Source of the DNA: Staphylococcus sp. CAG:324 | Lineage (GTDB): Bacteria; Bacillota_I; Bacilli_A; ML615J-28; CAG-313 | DNA: 64,000 bases | Reading direction: 5' to 3' | Assembly: GCA_000433035.1 (NCBI GenBank) | Contig: FR890814.1 | Location: forward strand, 5,443-69,442 | Shown: piece after piece, positions 8,623 to 19,165 of the stretch | Layout of the letters: each line of letters starts with the position of its first letter | Numbering within the stretch: position 1 is the stretch's first letter | Position numbers and translations under genes: made by a program | Notes under the pieces: generated by a model | Told to the model about the DNA's origin: nothing | What the model saw: the letters and a program-made list of their open reading frames with translations, nothing else | Database searches by the model: none

Positions 8623-10011
8623 ATGTCAGAAAACAAAAATTTAATTCTTGATGCAAATGATCGTCCAGAAATTGGTAAATGGTTTGCATTAAGTTTCCAA
8701 CACGTCTTTGCAATGTTTAGTGCCACGGTATTAGTACCTTTATTAACTGGTTTACCAATATCCACTGCTCTATTTGCCTCAGGAATTGGAACACTCATTT
8801 ACATCTTATGTACGAAATCAAAAGTACCAATTTATCTCGGATCTAGTTTTGCCTATATTTCATATATTCAGACTGCTAAATTAGCATCGGGAAATAATTT
8901 TGGCTCTGCTTTAACAGGTCTAGTTATTGTAGGTCTTGTTTATGTTGTTGTCGCTTTAATTATTAAAATTGTTGGAGTTAACTGGTTAAATAAATTATTA
9001 CCTCCTGTTGTTATTGGTCCTACTATTATTGTTATTGGTTTAGGTCTTGCCGCAAATGCTGTAAAAAATGCTGGATTTTATTTTGCGCCAACAACATGTG
9101 AAATTTGTGGTAATACACCAACAGTTTTATATGATTGGCGAATGATTGTCGTATCTATCATTACAATGTTTGTTATTGCTTTTATTTCAATTAAGGCAAA
9201 AGGCTTTTTAAAAGTGATTCCTTTTCTAGTTGGCATTGTCATTGGATTTGCAGTATCTATTTTAATTGGTTTTATCCCTAATAAAGATTGTGGACCATTA
9301 GTTGATTGGCAACCTCTAAAAGAAGTCATTACTCATCCTGCAAATTGGTTTAGATTGCCAGAATTTAAATTTCTTGGCTGGAAAAATGCTGATTTAGGCG
9401 CTGGAATATCAATGGTAAAAATTGATTTTTCAGCTGCAATTTCTGTTATTCCACTTGCTTTTGTGACAATCTGTGAACATATTGGTGATCACAAAGTTTT
9501 AGGTAGTATTACACAAAAAGATTATTTAACAGATCCAGGACTTCATCGTACTCTTCTTGGTGATGGAATTGCTACTGCGGTTGCAGGATGCATTGGTGGT
9601 CCCGCTAATACTTCTTATGGTGAAAATACATCAGTTGTAGGTATGACAAAAATTGGCTCTGTTTGGGTAACGGGGGGAGCCGCTGTAATTGCTATTTTAT
9701 TATCGTTTTGCAATATAATTACAACCTTGATTGCATCTATTCCTGCTGCAGTAATGGGGGGAGTATGTTTAATCCTTTATGGGTTCATTGCTTCAAATGG
9801 ATTAAAAACTCTGATTGATGCTAAAGTAGATATGTCTGATACCAGAAACTTAATTATTGTTTCTGTCATGTTGGTTATTGGTCTTGGTGCTGGTACTTTA
9901 AAGATAACAAATGATATCCAATTTTCAGGTATGGCACTTGCTACAATCTTTGGTATTGTATTAAATCTCACTTTACCAAAAGAATTTGCAAAAAATAAAG
10001 ATAAAAAGTGA
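8623..10011 (+). CDS. pyrP: Uracil permease (NCS2 family, UraA/PyrP-like).
   Basis: SFQHVFAMFSATVLVP, GIGTLIY and KVPIYLGSSFAYIS closely match E. coli UraA motifs. The start was moved to ATG 8623 (MSENK), which is preceded by GGAGG. Confidence 0.8.
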   Translation: MSENKNLILDANDRPEIGKWFALSFQHVFAMFSATVLVPLLTGLPISTALFASGIGTLIYILCTKSKVPIYLGSSFAYISYIQTAKLASGNNFGSALTGLVIVGLVYVVVALIIKIVGVNWLNKLLPPVVIGPTIIVIGLGLAANAVKNAGFYFAPTTCEICGNTPTVLYDWRMIVVSIITMFVIAFISIKAKGFLKVIPFLVGIVIGFAVSILIGFIPNKDCGPLVDWQPLKEVITHPANWFRLPEFKFLGWKNADLGAGISMVKIDFSAAISVIPLAFVTICEHIGDHKVLGSITQKDYLTDPGLHRTLLGDGIATAVAGCIGGPANTSYGENTSVVGMTKIGSVWVTGGAAVIAILLSFCNIITTLIASIPAAVMGGVCLILYGFIASNGLKTLIDAKVDMSDTRNLIIVSVMLVIGLGAGTLKITNDIQFSGMALATIFGIVLNLTLPKEFAKNKDKK

Positions 10012-10048
10012 AATAAAATTGAATAAAACAAAAGTAATTTGCATTCTA

Positions 10049-10084
10049 TCTTAAAATAGAATGCTTTTTTGTAAACGATTACTA
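10049..10084 (+). terminator. Rho-independent terminator of pyrP (GCATTCTAT-cttaaa-ATAGAATGC followed by TTTTTT).
   Basis: Perfect 9-bp stem followed by a T-run. Confidence 0.6.
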
Positions 10085-10153
10085 AATCATTTTACTTTCT
10101 CTAAAAAAATATTTAGGTTAGAATATTATTAATTAAGATATGAGGTATAATTT

Positions 10154-11386
10154 ATGAAAGGTTCTGTACTAATTGGACAATCAGGCGGTCCAACAGCTGT
10201 TATCAATGCTAGTTTACAAGGAATTATTGAAGAAGCCTTCAAAAATCCTCTTGTAACTAACGTTTATGGAGCTCTCAATGGCATTGATGGCATTTTAAAT
10301 CATCAAATTATTGATTTTAAATATGAAACAAAAGAAAATTTATCTTTACTTAAAACTACTCCTAGTTCTATTCTTGGTTCAGTTAGATTTAAATTAGAAG
10401 ATTATCAAAAAAATGATGAAATTTATAAAACTATCGTTTCTATTTTTACTAAATTGAATATTAAATATTTCTTTTATATTGGTGGAAATGATTCAATGGA
10501 TACTTGTTATAAAATTAGTCAGTATTTTAAAGCTATTCATTTTGAATGTATGGTAATTGGAGTGCCTAAAACCATTGATAATGACTTAGTTCATACTGAT
10601 CATACACCAGGATATGGTTCTAGTATTAAATATATTGCTACAACAATTGCCGAAATATACCAAGACATTGAATGCTATAAAAAAGGTAAGGTTACAATTG
10701 TTGAAATTATGGGACGTGATGCTGGATGGCTTACAGCAGGCACAAAACTTGCTTCATTATCCAATAATGGTCCTGATTTAATCTATTTGCCTGAAGTTCC
10801 ATTTGATATTGAAACCTTTTTAAAAAAGGTTAAACATATTTATGATAAAAAAGGCCATGCTTTAATTGCCATATCTGAGGGTATTAAAGACAAAGAGGGA
10901 AAATATATCTTAACATATCGTTTATTCAACAATAATGATGATTTTGGTCATCTACAATTAGGTGGAGTTGGACAAGTAATTGCGGAAACTATCAATAGAG
11001 AATTGAAACTTCCTATTAGAAGTATTGAATTAAATATTCCCCAAAGATGTGCATCTCACATTTCCTCACTTACCGATATTGAAGAAGCTTATAATTGTGG
11101 GAAAAAGGCTCTTCAATTTGCCACCTTAAACCATACTGGAAAAATGATTGCTATAAAACGTATTTCTCATAATCCTTATCAAATAACTTATGAAATGGTT
11201 GATTTAGCAAATGTTGCTAATTTTGTAAAAAAAGTTCCACAAAATTATATAACTAATGATGGATGTAACATTACAAAAGATTTTATCGAATATGCTTTAC
11301 CTTTAATTCAGAAAGAACCTTTAATCATTTATACAAATGGAATGCCAACTTTTGCTAAATTAAAGAAAAAAATAATTGATTTTTAA
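10154..11386 (+). CDS. 6-phosphofructokinase of the PPi-dependent/long (Pfp-like) clade.
   Basis: N-terminal GQSGGPTAVINAS and the MGRDAGWL motif. Confidence 0.7.
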   Translation: MKGSVLIGQSGGPTAVINASLQGIIEEAFKNPLVTNVYGALNGIDGILNHQIIDFKYETKENLSLLKTTPSSILGSVRFKLEDYQKNDEIYKTIVSIFTKLNIKYFFYIGGNDSMDTCYKISQYFKAIHFECMVIGVPKTIDNDLVHTDHTPGYGSSIKYIATTIAEIYQDIECYKKGKVTIVEIMGRDAGWLTAGTKLASLSNNGPDLIYLPEVPFDIETFLKKVKHIYDKKGHALIAISEGIKDKEGKYILTYRLFNNNDDFGHLQLGGVGQVIAETINRELKLPIRSIELNIPQRCASHISSLTDIEEAYNCGKKALQFATLNHTGKMIAIKRISHNPYQITYEMVDLANVANFVKKVPQNYITNDGCNITKDFIEYALPLIQKEPLIIYTNGMPTFAKLKKKIIDF

Positions 11387-11411
11387 AAGGTAGTATTATA
11401 AATACTACCTT

Positions 11412-13049
11412 TTATTTTTTATCGTCTTCTTCAATATTATTATTTTTTTCTTGACTATAGATTATGGCATGGTGAATAAATTCACTAAATAAAGCATGTG
11501 CTCGATTCGGTCTTGAACTAAATTCTGGATGAAATTGACAAGCAATAAACCATGGATGATTTTTAAGTTCAACTATTTCAACCAATCCAGTTTCAGGATT
11601 TATCCCACTTACAATCATGCCGGCATTTTGAATTCTATCCAAATATTTATTATTAAATTCATATCGATGGCGATGGCGCTCTTTAATGACAGTCTGCTTA
11701 TAAGCTTCAAATGCTTTTGTATTCTCTTTTAAAAGACAATCATATGCTCCTAGCCTTAAAGTTCCACCTAAATTAATTCCTGTATATTGATCAGGCAAAT
11801 AGTCAATGATGGGGTTAGTTGTGTTTTCACATAACTCTGTTGAATCAGCATCGCTTATTCCCAAAACATTTCTAGCAAACTCAATAGTTGCTAGTTGCAT
11901 ACCAAGACAAATACCTAAAAAAGGAATATTATTTTCTCTAGCAAATTTAATCGCTTGAATTTTACCATCAATTCCTCTAGGACCAAATCCTCCAGGTACT
12001 AAGATTCCATCACAGTCTTTCAAATAATTTTCAACATTATCTTCAGTTACATCATCTGCTAAAATCCAATTGATATTTATCTTTTTGCCATACCTATATC
12101 CTGCATGTTTTAATGCTTCATTGATAGATAAATAAGCATCCTGTAATTGAACATACTTACCAACAAGAGCAATATTTACTTCACCTGACAATTTTTTTAT
12201 TGTTCTAATTAAATTATTCCATTCTATCATATTTGGTGCTTCTGTTTCAAGTCTAAAAAAATCACATATATACTGATCAGCACCTTGATTATAAAGATTA
12301 TTAGCAACTTCATATAGTATCTTCACATCTTTTGAAACAACTACTGCTTTTTTATCCACATCACAAAAAGATGAAATTTTCTCTCTTAATTCATCATTAA
12401 TATCAACCTCTGATCTCAATACTAGCATATCAGGTTGAATACCAAGTGATCTAAGTTCTTTTACGCTATGTTGAGTAGGCTTCGTTTTTAACTCCGATGC
12501 TGCTTTAACAAAAGGAATTAAAGTAGTATGAACATAAAAAGTATTATTATATCCAACATCTCTTCTCCACTGTCTAATTGCCTCTAAAAATGGTAAAGAT
12601 TCAATATCACCAACAGTTCCTCCAATTTCAGTAATGATAACATCAGCCTTAGAGGTTGTAGCTGCCGATAAAAGTCTTGCTTTAATTTCATTGGTAATAT
12701 GAGGAATTACTTGAACGGTTTTACCAAGGTAATCTCCAGATCTTTCCTTATTAATAACTGCCTGATAAATTTTACCAGAAGTAACACAAGATTCCTTTGT
12801 CAAATCCTCATCAATAAATCTTTCATAATGTCCTAAATCTAAATCAGTTTCAGCCCCGTCAACTGTAACATATACTTCTCCATGTTGATAAGGACTCATT
12901 GTTCCTGGATCAATATTAATATATGGATCAAATTTTTGCATAAAAACTTTCAATCCACGATTTTTTAACAATCTTCCTAACGATGAGGCAACAATTCCCT
13001 TGCCAAGACTAGAAACTACTCCACCTGTTACAAATATATATTTTGCCAT
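11412..13049 (-). CDS. pyrG: CTP synthase.
   Basis: [20 protein letters not shown]-terminus and the glutamine amidotransferase GICLGMQ motif. The start was moved to the second ATG, which has a GGTGA RBS. Confidence 0.9.
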   Translation of the reverse strand: MAKYIFVTGGVVSSLGKGIVASSLGRLLKNRGLKVFMQKFDPYINIDPGTMSPYQHGEVYVTVDGAETDLDLGHYERFIDEDLTKESCVTSGKIYQAVINKERSGDYLGKTVQVIPHITNEIKARLLSAATTSKADVIITEIGGTVGDIESLPFLEAIRQWRRDVGYNNTFYVHTTLIPFVKAASELKTKPTQHSVKELRSLGIQPDMLVLRSEVDINDELREKISSFCDVDKKAVVVSKDVKILYEVANNLYNQGADQYICDFFRLETEAPNMIEWNNLIRTIKKLSGEVNIALVGKYVQLQDAYLSINEALKHAGYRYGKKININWILADDVTEDNVENYLKDCDGILVPGGFGPRGIDGKIQAIKFARENNIPFLGICLGMQLATIEFARNVLGISDADSTELCENTTNPIIDYLPDQYTGINLGGTLRLGAYDCLLKENTKAFEAYKQTVIKERHRHRYEFNNKYLDRIQNAGMIVSGINPETGLVEIVELKNHPWFIACQFHPEFSSRPNRAHALFSEFIHHAIIYSQEKNNNIEEDDKK

Positions 13050-13166
13050 TATCTTCACCATTCCATTCTAAATTTTAATACTAAAAAAAGAAAAAACCCG
13101 ATACAACGGGAAGTGCGCTTTTTTAAGCGCCCTTAATATTATATAAAAAAAGAAATCATTTGTCAA
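13050..13166 (-). promoter_or_regulatory. pyrG promoter (TTGACA-17-TATAAT) and a reiterative-transcription-type leader. The transcript starts GGGCGC, has a 5' hairpin GCGCUU-aaaa-AAGCGC, and carries an intrinsic terminator CCCGUUGUAUCGGG followed by a U-run whose 5' flank is CUUCCC.
   Basis: Minus strand reads TTGACAAATGATTTCTTTTTTTATATAATATTAAGGGCGC...CACTTCCCGTTGTATCGGGTTTTTTCTTTTTTT. This is analogous to the B. subtilis pyrG GGGC leader (Meng, Turnbough & Switzer). Confidence 0.55.
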
Positions 13167-13251
13167 ATAAAATTTAACACATTTTGTCGAAAACGTTTTC
13201 TGATAATTTTTCTTTACTTTTTTTTTTTAATATATTATAATATTAGAGTAA

Positions 13252-13320
13252 AAGTCATATATTTCTGATAATATGGTTCAGAAGTCTCTACATTATCACC
13301 GTAAATGATAATACTATGGT
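13252..13320 (+). ncRNA. Purine riboswitch of the guanine class (C at the discriminator position).
   Basis: UCAUAUA...UCUGA-UAAUAUGGU-UCAGA...AGUCUCUACA...UUAUCA-CCGUAAA-UGAUAA...UAC-UAUGG matches the P1/P2/P3 layout of the xpt G-box. An upstream TATAAT lies at 13236-13241. Confidence 0.6.
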
Positions 13321-13394
13321 AACAATTGAATAATTGCTTAAAAACCGCTGTTATGGCTTTTTACAACAAAAAATTTTTAAGGAGGACTTCTTTA

Positions 13395-14912
13395 ATGGAA
13401 GACAAAAAACAAAAAAATGTTGGGAAGCTCGACAGCTTTTTTGGCGTTTCTAAAGCAGGCTCAACAATTAAAGTAGAAGTGTTAGCTGGTGTTGCAACAT
13501 TTCTTGCGATGGCTTACATCTTAACTGTTAATCCTAATTCTATGTTATGGGGTGGTACAGCAGATGTACGTTGGTCGTCAGTATTTATTGCTACTGCTCT
13601 TGGTGCTGTAATTGGTACTTTATTAATGGCCCTACTTGCTAAAATGCCTCTTGCTCAAGCATCTGGTATGGGATTAAATTCAATGGTTGGTTCTATTCTT
13701 GGTGGAGCATTTGGATTTACCTTCTCATTTGGTAACGCTATGTTACTAATTTTAATTAGTGGTATTATCTTCTTACTTCTTTCTGTAATACCAGCTGGAC
13801 GTGATAAAGAAACCAAAAAATTAATTACTTTAAGAGAATTGATTTTTATTGGTATGCCAAAACCTGTTCGTACCGCAATACCTGTTGGTATTGGTTTATT
13901 TATTGCCTTCATTGGTTTACAAAATTCTCATCTTGTTCAAAATAATGATTTTACTCTTTTACAATTTGTTGATTTTACGCAAGCAGGAGCATGGGCAAAA
14001 GGTGGCGATGCTAGAGCAGCAGTAGTAGCACTTTTTAGTTTTGTTGTCATTGCTGTTCTTTCACATTTTAAAGTCAAAGGTGCCGTTGTTTTTGGTATTC
14101 TTGCCGCAACTTTACTTGCATGGCCATTAGGAGTTACTAATATTGATTATCTTCTTGGTAAAACGGATGGCGTAACTTGGAAATTCTGGGAAAATTTTGC
14201 TAATTTCTTTTCATTTGATCCAAATAATGGTGGTATCTTCGGTGCTGCTTTTACAGAAGGTTTTAACTTTCCAAAAGATTCTTTGATGACATGTGTAATG
14301 TTAATTATTACTTTTGCAATGATTGATATGTTTGATACAATGGGTACAGTTGTTGGATGCTGTGCTAATGCTAATTTATTAGACGAAAATGGTGTTCCAA
14401 AAAATTATGATAAAATCATGCTATCAGATTCAGTTGCTACATGTACTGGTGCAATCTTAGGTACTTCAACGGTTACAACTTTTGTTGAATCTGGTGCTGG
14501 TGTTGCAGCAGGTGGAAAAACAGGTTTAACTGCTTTAGTTACTGCTATCTTATTCTTATTATCAATTTTCTTATTACCAGTATTTGCTTTTATTCCAAGT
14601 GCAGCAGCAGCAGGTGCTTTATTATATGTTGGTGTATTAATGATGTCTAATGTTAAAAATATTGATTTCTCATCACCTAAATCTGCCGTTCCTGCTTTTG
14701 TTACAATTGCAATGATGCCTTTTGCCTATTCAATTACTGATGGTATTGGTCTTGGTCTTATAACTTATGTTATTATTTCAATATTTACTTTCTTTATAGA
14801 TTTGATTAAATATGCTTGTCATAAAGGTGAAAAACCTAAATGGGATATTTCAGTTGTAGCTATTATAGTAACTGCGTTATTCTTAGTATATTTCTTAGTT
14901 CCAACTGTTTAA
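13395..14912 (+). CDS. pbuG: Guanine/hypoxanthine permease (NCS2/AzgA-PbuG family).
   Basis: VSKAGSTIKVEVLAGVATFLAMAYILTVNP is the AzgA/PbuG N-terminal signature. RBS GGAGG lies 9 nt upstream of the ATG at 13395. Confidence 0.75.
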   Translation: MEDKKQKNVGKLDSFFGVSKAGSTIKVEVLAGVATFLAMAYILTVNPNSMLWGGTADVRWSSVFIATALGAVIGTLLMALLAKMPLAQASGMGLNSMVGSILGGAFGFTFSFGNAMLLILISGIIFLLLSVIPAGRDKETKKLITLRELIFIGMPKPVRTAIPVGIGLFIAFIGLQNSHLVQNNDFTLLQFVDFTQAGAWAKGGDARAAVVALFSFVVIAVLSHFKVKGAVVFGILAATLLAWPLGVTNIDYLLGKTDGVTWKFWENFANFFSFDPNNGGIFGAAFTEGFNFPKDSLMTCVMLIITFAMIDMFDTMGTVVGCCANANLLDENGVPKNYDKIMLSDSVATCTGAILGTSTVTTFVESGAGVAAGGKTGLTALVTAILFLLSIFLLPVFAFIPSAAAAGALLYVGVLMMSNVKNIDFSSPKSAVPAFVTIAMMPFAYSITDGIGLGLITYVIISIFTFFIDLIKYACHKGEKPKWDISVVAIIVTALFLVYFLVPTV

Positions 14913-14924
14913 TTATGATTAAAG

Positions 14925-14962
14925 TTACTCATTAAATTTATGAGTAACTTTTTTTTGCAAAA
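14925..14962 (+). terminator. Terminator after pbuG (AAAGTTACTCAT-taaattt-ATGAGTAACTTT followed by TTTTTT).
   Basis: 12-bp perfect stem followed by a T-run. Confidence 0.6.
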
Positions 14963-15018
14963 AATCACTATCTATCGTTAAATTATGATAAAATACATAT
15001 AATATTAAGAGGTAATTT

Positions 15019-16383
15019 ATGATTGTTGCAAATGATAAACAATATTTATTTGAAAAAATGAAAGTTCCTAAAGCGGTGATGTATTTAGTCATTCCAACAA
15101 TAATTAGTCAGTTAATAACAATTATTTATAATTGGGCTGATATCTTTTTTGTTGGACAACTAAACGATACATTTCAAATGGCTGCTATTACTATTTGTTA
15201 CCCAGCTTTTATGATGACAACTGCCCTTTCTAATTTGCTTGGTATTGGTGGTGCAAGTGCCATATCTAGAGCTCTTGGCAATAATAATTATGATAAAATT
15301 AAAAAAATATCTACGATGAGTCTTTTATTATCAATTATTTTATCCATTTTATATTCTTTAATCGTATTCGCATTAAACAAACCACTTCTATATTTGTTAG
15401 GTGCTGACAATGATACCATTCATTTTGCTGAAGAATATTTATTTTGGGTAGTTATAATCGGTTCCTTACCATCTGTTGTAAATTATAGTCTTTCTCATTT
15501 AATTAGAGCAACAGGAAAATCTCAATCTGCAAGTATTGGTATTGCTATGGGAGGAATTATAAATATAATTTTAGATCCTCTCTTTATTTTTGTTTTTAAA
15601 TTAAATGTAACTGGTGCTGCAATTGCTACCTTCATCTCTAATTTGCTTGCTTGTATATACTTCATCGTTTATTTAATAATTACTAGAAAAACTTCCATTT
15701 TAAATTTCTCACTTAAAAATTTAAAATGGAAAGATAAAGTAATTTTTGATATTATATCTTCTGGTCTTTCAAGCTTTTTTCTATCTTTGATGGCTCTTTT
15801 TAGTAATGCTTCTATTAACAAATTAATGTCTAGTTATAGTGCCTCAGCAATTTCAGGGGTTAATATTGCTAAAAAAGTTGATCTTTGTATTATTGCCTTT
15901 GCTCAAGGTTTTGCCCAAGGTATCCTTCCACTTATTGGATATAATTTTGCGGCAAAAAATGATAAACGTATGAAGAAAATTATTCGCTTTAGTATGATTG
16001 TATCTATTACGTTTGCAGGAATATGTGTTATTCTATTTAGTATTTTTCCTAAACAAATTGTTTCCATTTTTATTAAGGATGAACAAACAGTTACATATGC
16101 TAGCAATTTTTTAAGAATTTTATGTATAAGTATGCCCCTTACTTCAATGATTTTTATTTTTAATACTATTTTTCAAGCAACAAAACAAACTATTCGTGCT
16201 TTAATGACGATTCTTCTTCGTAAAGGATTGATTGATATTCCTCTTATGATTTTACTAAATCATTATATCCCTATATATGGTATTGTAATTTCTCAACCGA
16301 TTGTTGATTGTTCTGCTTCTATCATTGCCATTATTTTATACATTACTTTTATTAAAAAACAAAAGATGCAAAATAATAACTAA
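15019..16383 (+). CDS. MATE family efflux transporter.
   Basis: 12-TM profile and a MATE N-terminal motif (PTIISQLITIIYNWADIFFVGQL). Confidence 0.7.
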   Translation: MIVANDKQYLFEKMKVPKAVMYLVIPTIISQLITIIYNWADIFFVGQLNDTFQMAAITICYPAFMMTTALSNLLGIGGASAISRALGNNNYDKIKKISTMSLLLSIILSILYSLIVFALNKPLLYLLGADNDTIHFAEEYLFWVVIIGSLPSVVNYSLSHLIRATGKSQSASIGIAMGGIINIILDPLFIFVFKLNVTGAAIATFISNLLACIYFIVYLIITRKTSILNFSLKNLKWKDKVIFDIISSGLSSFFLSLMALFSNASINKLMSSYSASAISGVNIAKKVDLCIIAFAQGFAQGILPLIGYNFAAKNDKRMKKIIRFSMIVSITFAGICVILFSIFPKQIVSIFIKDEQTVTYASNFLRILCISMPLTSMIFIFNTIFQATKQTIRALMTILLRKGLIDIPLMILLNHYIPIYGIVISQPIVDCSASIIAIILYITFIKKQKMQNNN

Positions 16384-16422
16384 CTGATAAGTATCAGTTT
16401 CAGTTTACTATTTTGCATCTTT

Positions 16423-17208
16423 TTATTTTCGCTTAGATTGAATTTTATAGGCAATATATCTTATTAATCTTCTTGGAGCAAATCTAGTTGCAAAAATCAT
16501 TAATCTATTATTAAAACCATATATAGCAACTACCTTATTCTGCATCATCTTCTTATATCCATATTTCGCAACTTTTTGAGGTGAAGCTGGTTTTAAATTT
16601 TTTAATAAATTGCTATCATTGGCACTTGCAACATCAAAAAAATTAGTTTTAGTCGTTCCAGGACAAAGAGCAGTAACTGTCACCTTTGCTGTTTTCAATT
16701 CTTTGCTTAAAGCCTCACTAAATGATAACACAAATGATTTAGTAGCATAATAGGTTGCCATTAGTGGTCCTGGAATAAATGATGCAATTGAAGCAACATT
16801 CATAATTTTGCCAAAACCATACGCTTTCATATCTTTAGCATATAAATAACATAAATCAATTAAACTAATAATATTAATATGAACCATGTTATGATTCTTA
16901 ATCATAGAACTATCTAAAAATTCACCATAATCGCCAAATCCAGCATTATTTATTAAATAATCCACTCGACAACCCAATTCTTTGGTCTTTTGATAAATTT
17001 CAGTAGCCACATTATGGATAGTCAAATCAGCTACAATTACTTCAATCTTAATATTATACTCTTTTGTTAAATTATCCTTTAACTTGATTAATACATCTTT
17101 ACTTCTAGCTACTAAAATTAAGTTATGATGATTTTTAGCAAATATTTTTGTTAGTTCAAGTCCAATACCTTTACTAGCACCAGTTATTAATGTATAACCT
17201 TCTTTCAT
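16423..17208 (-). CDS. SDR family oxidoreductase.
   Basis: TGASKGIG glycine-rich NAD(P)-binding motif and a YxxxK catalytic motif. Confidence 0.75.
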   Translation of the reverse strand: MKEGYTLITGASKGIGLELTKIFAKNHHNLILVARSKDVLIKLKDNLTKEYNIKIEVIVADLTIHNVATEIYQKTKELGCRVDYLINNAGFGDYGEFLDSSMIKNHNMVHINIISLIDLCYLYAKDMKAYGFGKIMNVASIASFIPGPLMATYYATKSFVLSFSEALSKELKTAKVTVTALCPGTTKTNFFDVASANDSNLLKNLKPASPQKVAKYGYKKMMQNKVVAIYGFNNRLMIFATRFAPRRLIRYIAYKIQSKRK

Positions 17209-17209
17209 T

Positions 17210-18226
17210 TTATGCTGGATCTACCTTTTTATAATTTGCAATATATACTTTTTCTATTGTTTTTTCCTCTTTTTCCCAATAATTATACGTATCTTTTCTC
17301 TTAAATATTGCATATTGTATTTGATTTCTTTCTTCAAAACCTAAAAATTCATAACCAGCAACTCTCATTGAATCAAATTTAGATGTTGGATGCTTTAAAA
17401 TTACGCCAGGTATATGATCTAAAGCATATTTTACTCTAAAGGATTGCCAGTGGTAGACAGTTTCAGATGTTAAATAAAATAATTTAGATGTATCTACCAA
17501 AGCAGCCCATGAAGAATGAAAAAATTCATCAGCATGATTGTAAGGATTAAGACATGTGCACCCTTCATCGTTACGCCACCAAGCAAAAAAAGTAATTAAA
17601 AAATTTAAGAAATCAATAAATTTGTTATTTTTAAAACAGTATCCAATAAAAGTACTTTCAGGTTGATTTTCAATTGTACCTTTTTCTTGTGGCGTTAAAT
17701 AATATTTATGAAAGGAAAATCCCATTGCATAGCAACTATCTTGATTATCTGCATACCAATCAGCATATGCATAAAAATCTTTTTTGTTAAAGATTTTATG
17801 ATTTTCTAAATCTTCTTTGCCATCATGATGTAAAATAAATTCATAAAACTCTCCATAAAAAGCTTCAAATAATTCTTTTTTACTATTCCAAAAATCAACA
17901 CCAATTTTATGACTATCAATTTCATATTTAAAAGGTTCTATTTCATAATCTACAGCTATACTTGATGTTGTATTTGCATGCATATGGGTCTTTACAACTT
18001 CACAGTGATAAGAATCATTTTGATAGTTTTCTAAATCTTCTTTATTATTAAAATACGTTTCTAAAATTATATCATATGATCTTGTTGAAGATAAAAAATC
18101 TACTCCTACCTTCAAATCTAATAACATAGGTACTCTTCCTTGCATGGAAAGCAAAATATCCTTTGTTTTCTTACGTAATTCTATGCTATCATTTTTTAAT
18201 TTAAAGCAAACAACATGTTTTATCAT
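17210..18226 (-). CDS. Dabb (stress-responsive A/B-barrel) domain fused to a ~230-aa domain of unknown function.
   Basis: N-terminal MIKHVVCFKLKND...LENYQNDSYHCEV is Dabb-like. The C-terminal region is unassigned. Confidence 0.4.
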   Translation of the reverse strand: MIKHVVCFKLKNDSIELRKKTKDILLSMQGRVPMLLDLKVGVDFLSSTRSYDIILETYFNNKEDLENYQNDSYHCEVVKTHMHANTTSSIAVDYEIEPFKYEIDSHKIGVDFWNSKKELFEAFYGEFYEFILHHDGKEDLENHKIFNKKDFYAYADWYADNQDSCYAMGFSFHKYYLTPQEKGTIENQPESTFIGYCFKNNKFIDFLNFLITFFAWWRNDEGCTCLNPYNHADEFFHSSWAALVDTSKLFYLTSETVYHWQSFRVKYALDHIPGVILKHPTSKFDSMRVAGYEFLGFEERNQIQYAIFKRKDTYNYWEKEEKTIEKVYIANYKKVDPA

Positions 18227-18261
18227 TTTTAAAATTCTCCTCCATTTTATTCATTTATTAT

Positions 18262-19041
18262 TTATCCTAAGGTTATGTCCAATACCATCATAAGGACAAA
18301 CCCAACTGCTACTCCTATTGTGGCAAGATTAGAATGTTGCCCATCTTGCGATTCTGGTATCAACTCTTCTACAATTACATAAATCATTGCTCCTGCAGCA
18401 AAAGCTAATAAATATGGTATAGTAGGACTTATAATTTGAGTTAAAAATATTGTAATTAAAGCTCCCATAATTTCAGCAAGTCCTGATAAAACACCATAAA
18501 AAAATGATTTCGTTTTGGATAAACCTTCTGTTTTTAAAGGCATCGAAATAATTGCTCCTTCTGGAAAATTTTGAATTGCAATTCCGATTGCAAGAACAAA
18601 AGCACTAGACATTGAAATTTCAACATTTCCCATATATGCACTAGCTAGAACAATTCCCACAGCCATACCTTCGGGAATATTATGTAGCGTTACCGCAAAC
18701 ATTAACATTGTTGTTTTTTTGAATTTAGATTTTACACCTTCTGGTTTATCACTTTTTAAATGTAAATGAGGAATAATACTATCTAACAATAATAGAAAAC
18801 CCATTCCTAGTAAAAAACCAAGAGCAGCAGGAAACCATGATAAATTGCTAAGTTGAGAGGATTGTTCAATTGCGGGAATCAATAATGACCAAATAGAAGC
18901 AGCCATCATCACACCTGAGGCAAATCCTAATAAAATCTTTTCTAATTTATTATTAATTTTATTCTTCATGAAGAAAACCATTGCTGCTCCAAGACATGTA
19001 CCAATAAATGGTATGAAAATACCAATTGATATTTCAAACAT
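18262..19041 (-). CDS. zupT: ZIP family zinc/metal transporter.
   Basis: HNIPEGMAVG and GLAEIMGAL ZIP signatures with an 8-TM profile. Confidence 0.8.
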   Translation of the reverse strand: MFEISIGIFIPFIGTCLGAAMVFFMKNKINNKLEKILLGFASGVMMAASIWSLLIPAIEQSSQLSNLSWFPAALGFLLGMGFLLLLDSIIPHLHLKSDKPEGVKSKFKKTTMLMFAVTLHNIPEGMAVGIVLASAYMGNVEISMSSAFVLAIGIAIQNFPEGAIISMPLKTEGLSKTKSFFYGVLSGLAEIMGALITIFLTQIISPTIPYLLAFAAGAMIYVIVEELIPESQDGQHSNLATIGVAVGFVLMMVLDITLG

Positions 19042-19165
19042 ACACTATTCTCCTCATATAATATAAATTGTATTTTTATTTTAAATATATTATACACTAT
19101 TATTTTTTGCTTTAAACTTTTTTTGCTCAAAGAAAAACTCTAGATGAAAGAATTTTATCTTTCTT

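Noticed and set aside
13321-13394. A definite terminator expression platform for the guanine riboswitch.
   Set aside because: Only a weak GGC-U5 element and a CAATTGAATAATTG palindrome are present. I could not build a convincing mutually exclusive terminator/antiterminator pair by eye, so the regulatory mode is left open.
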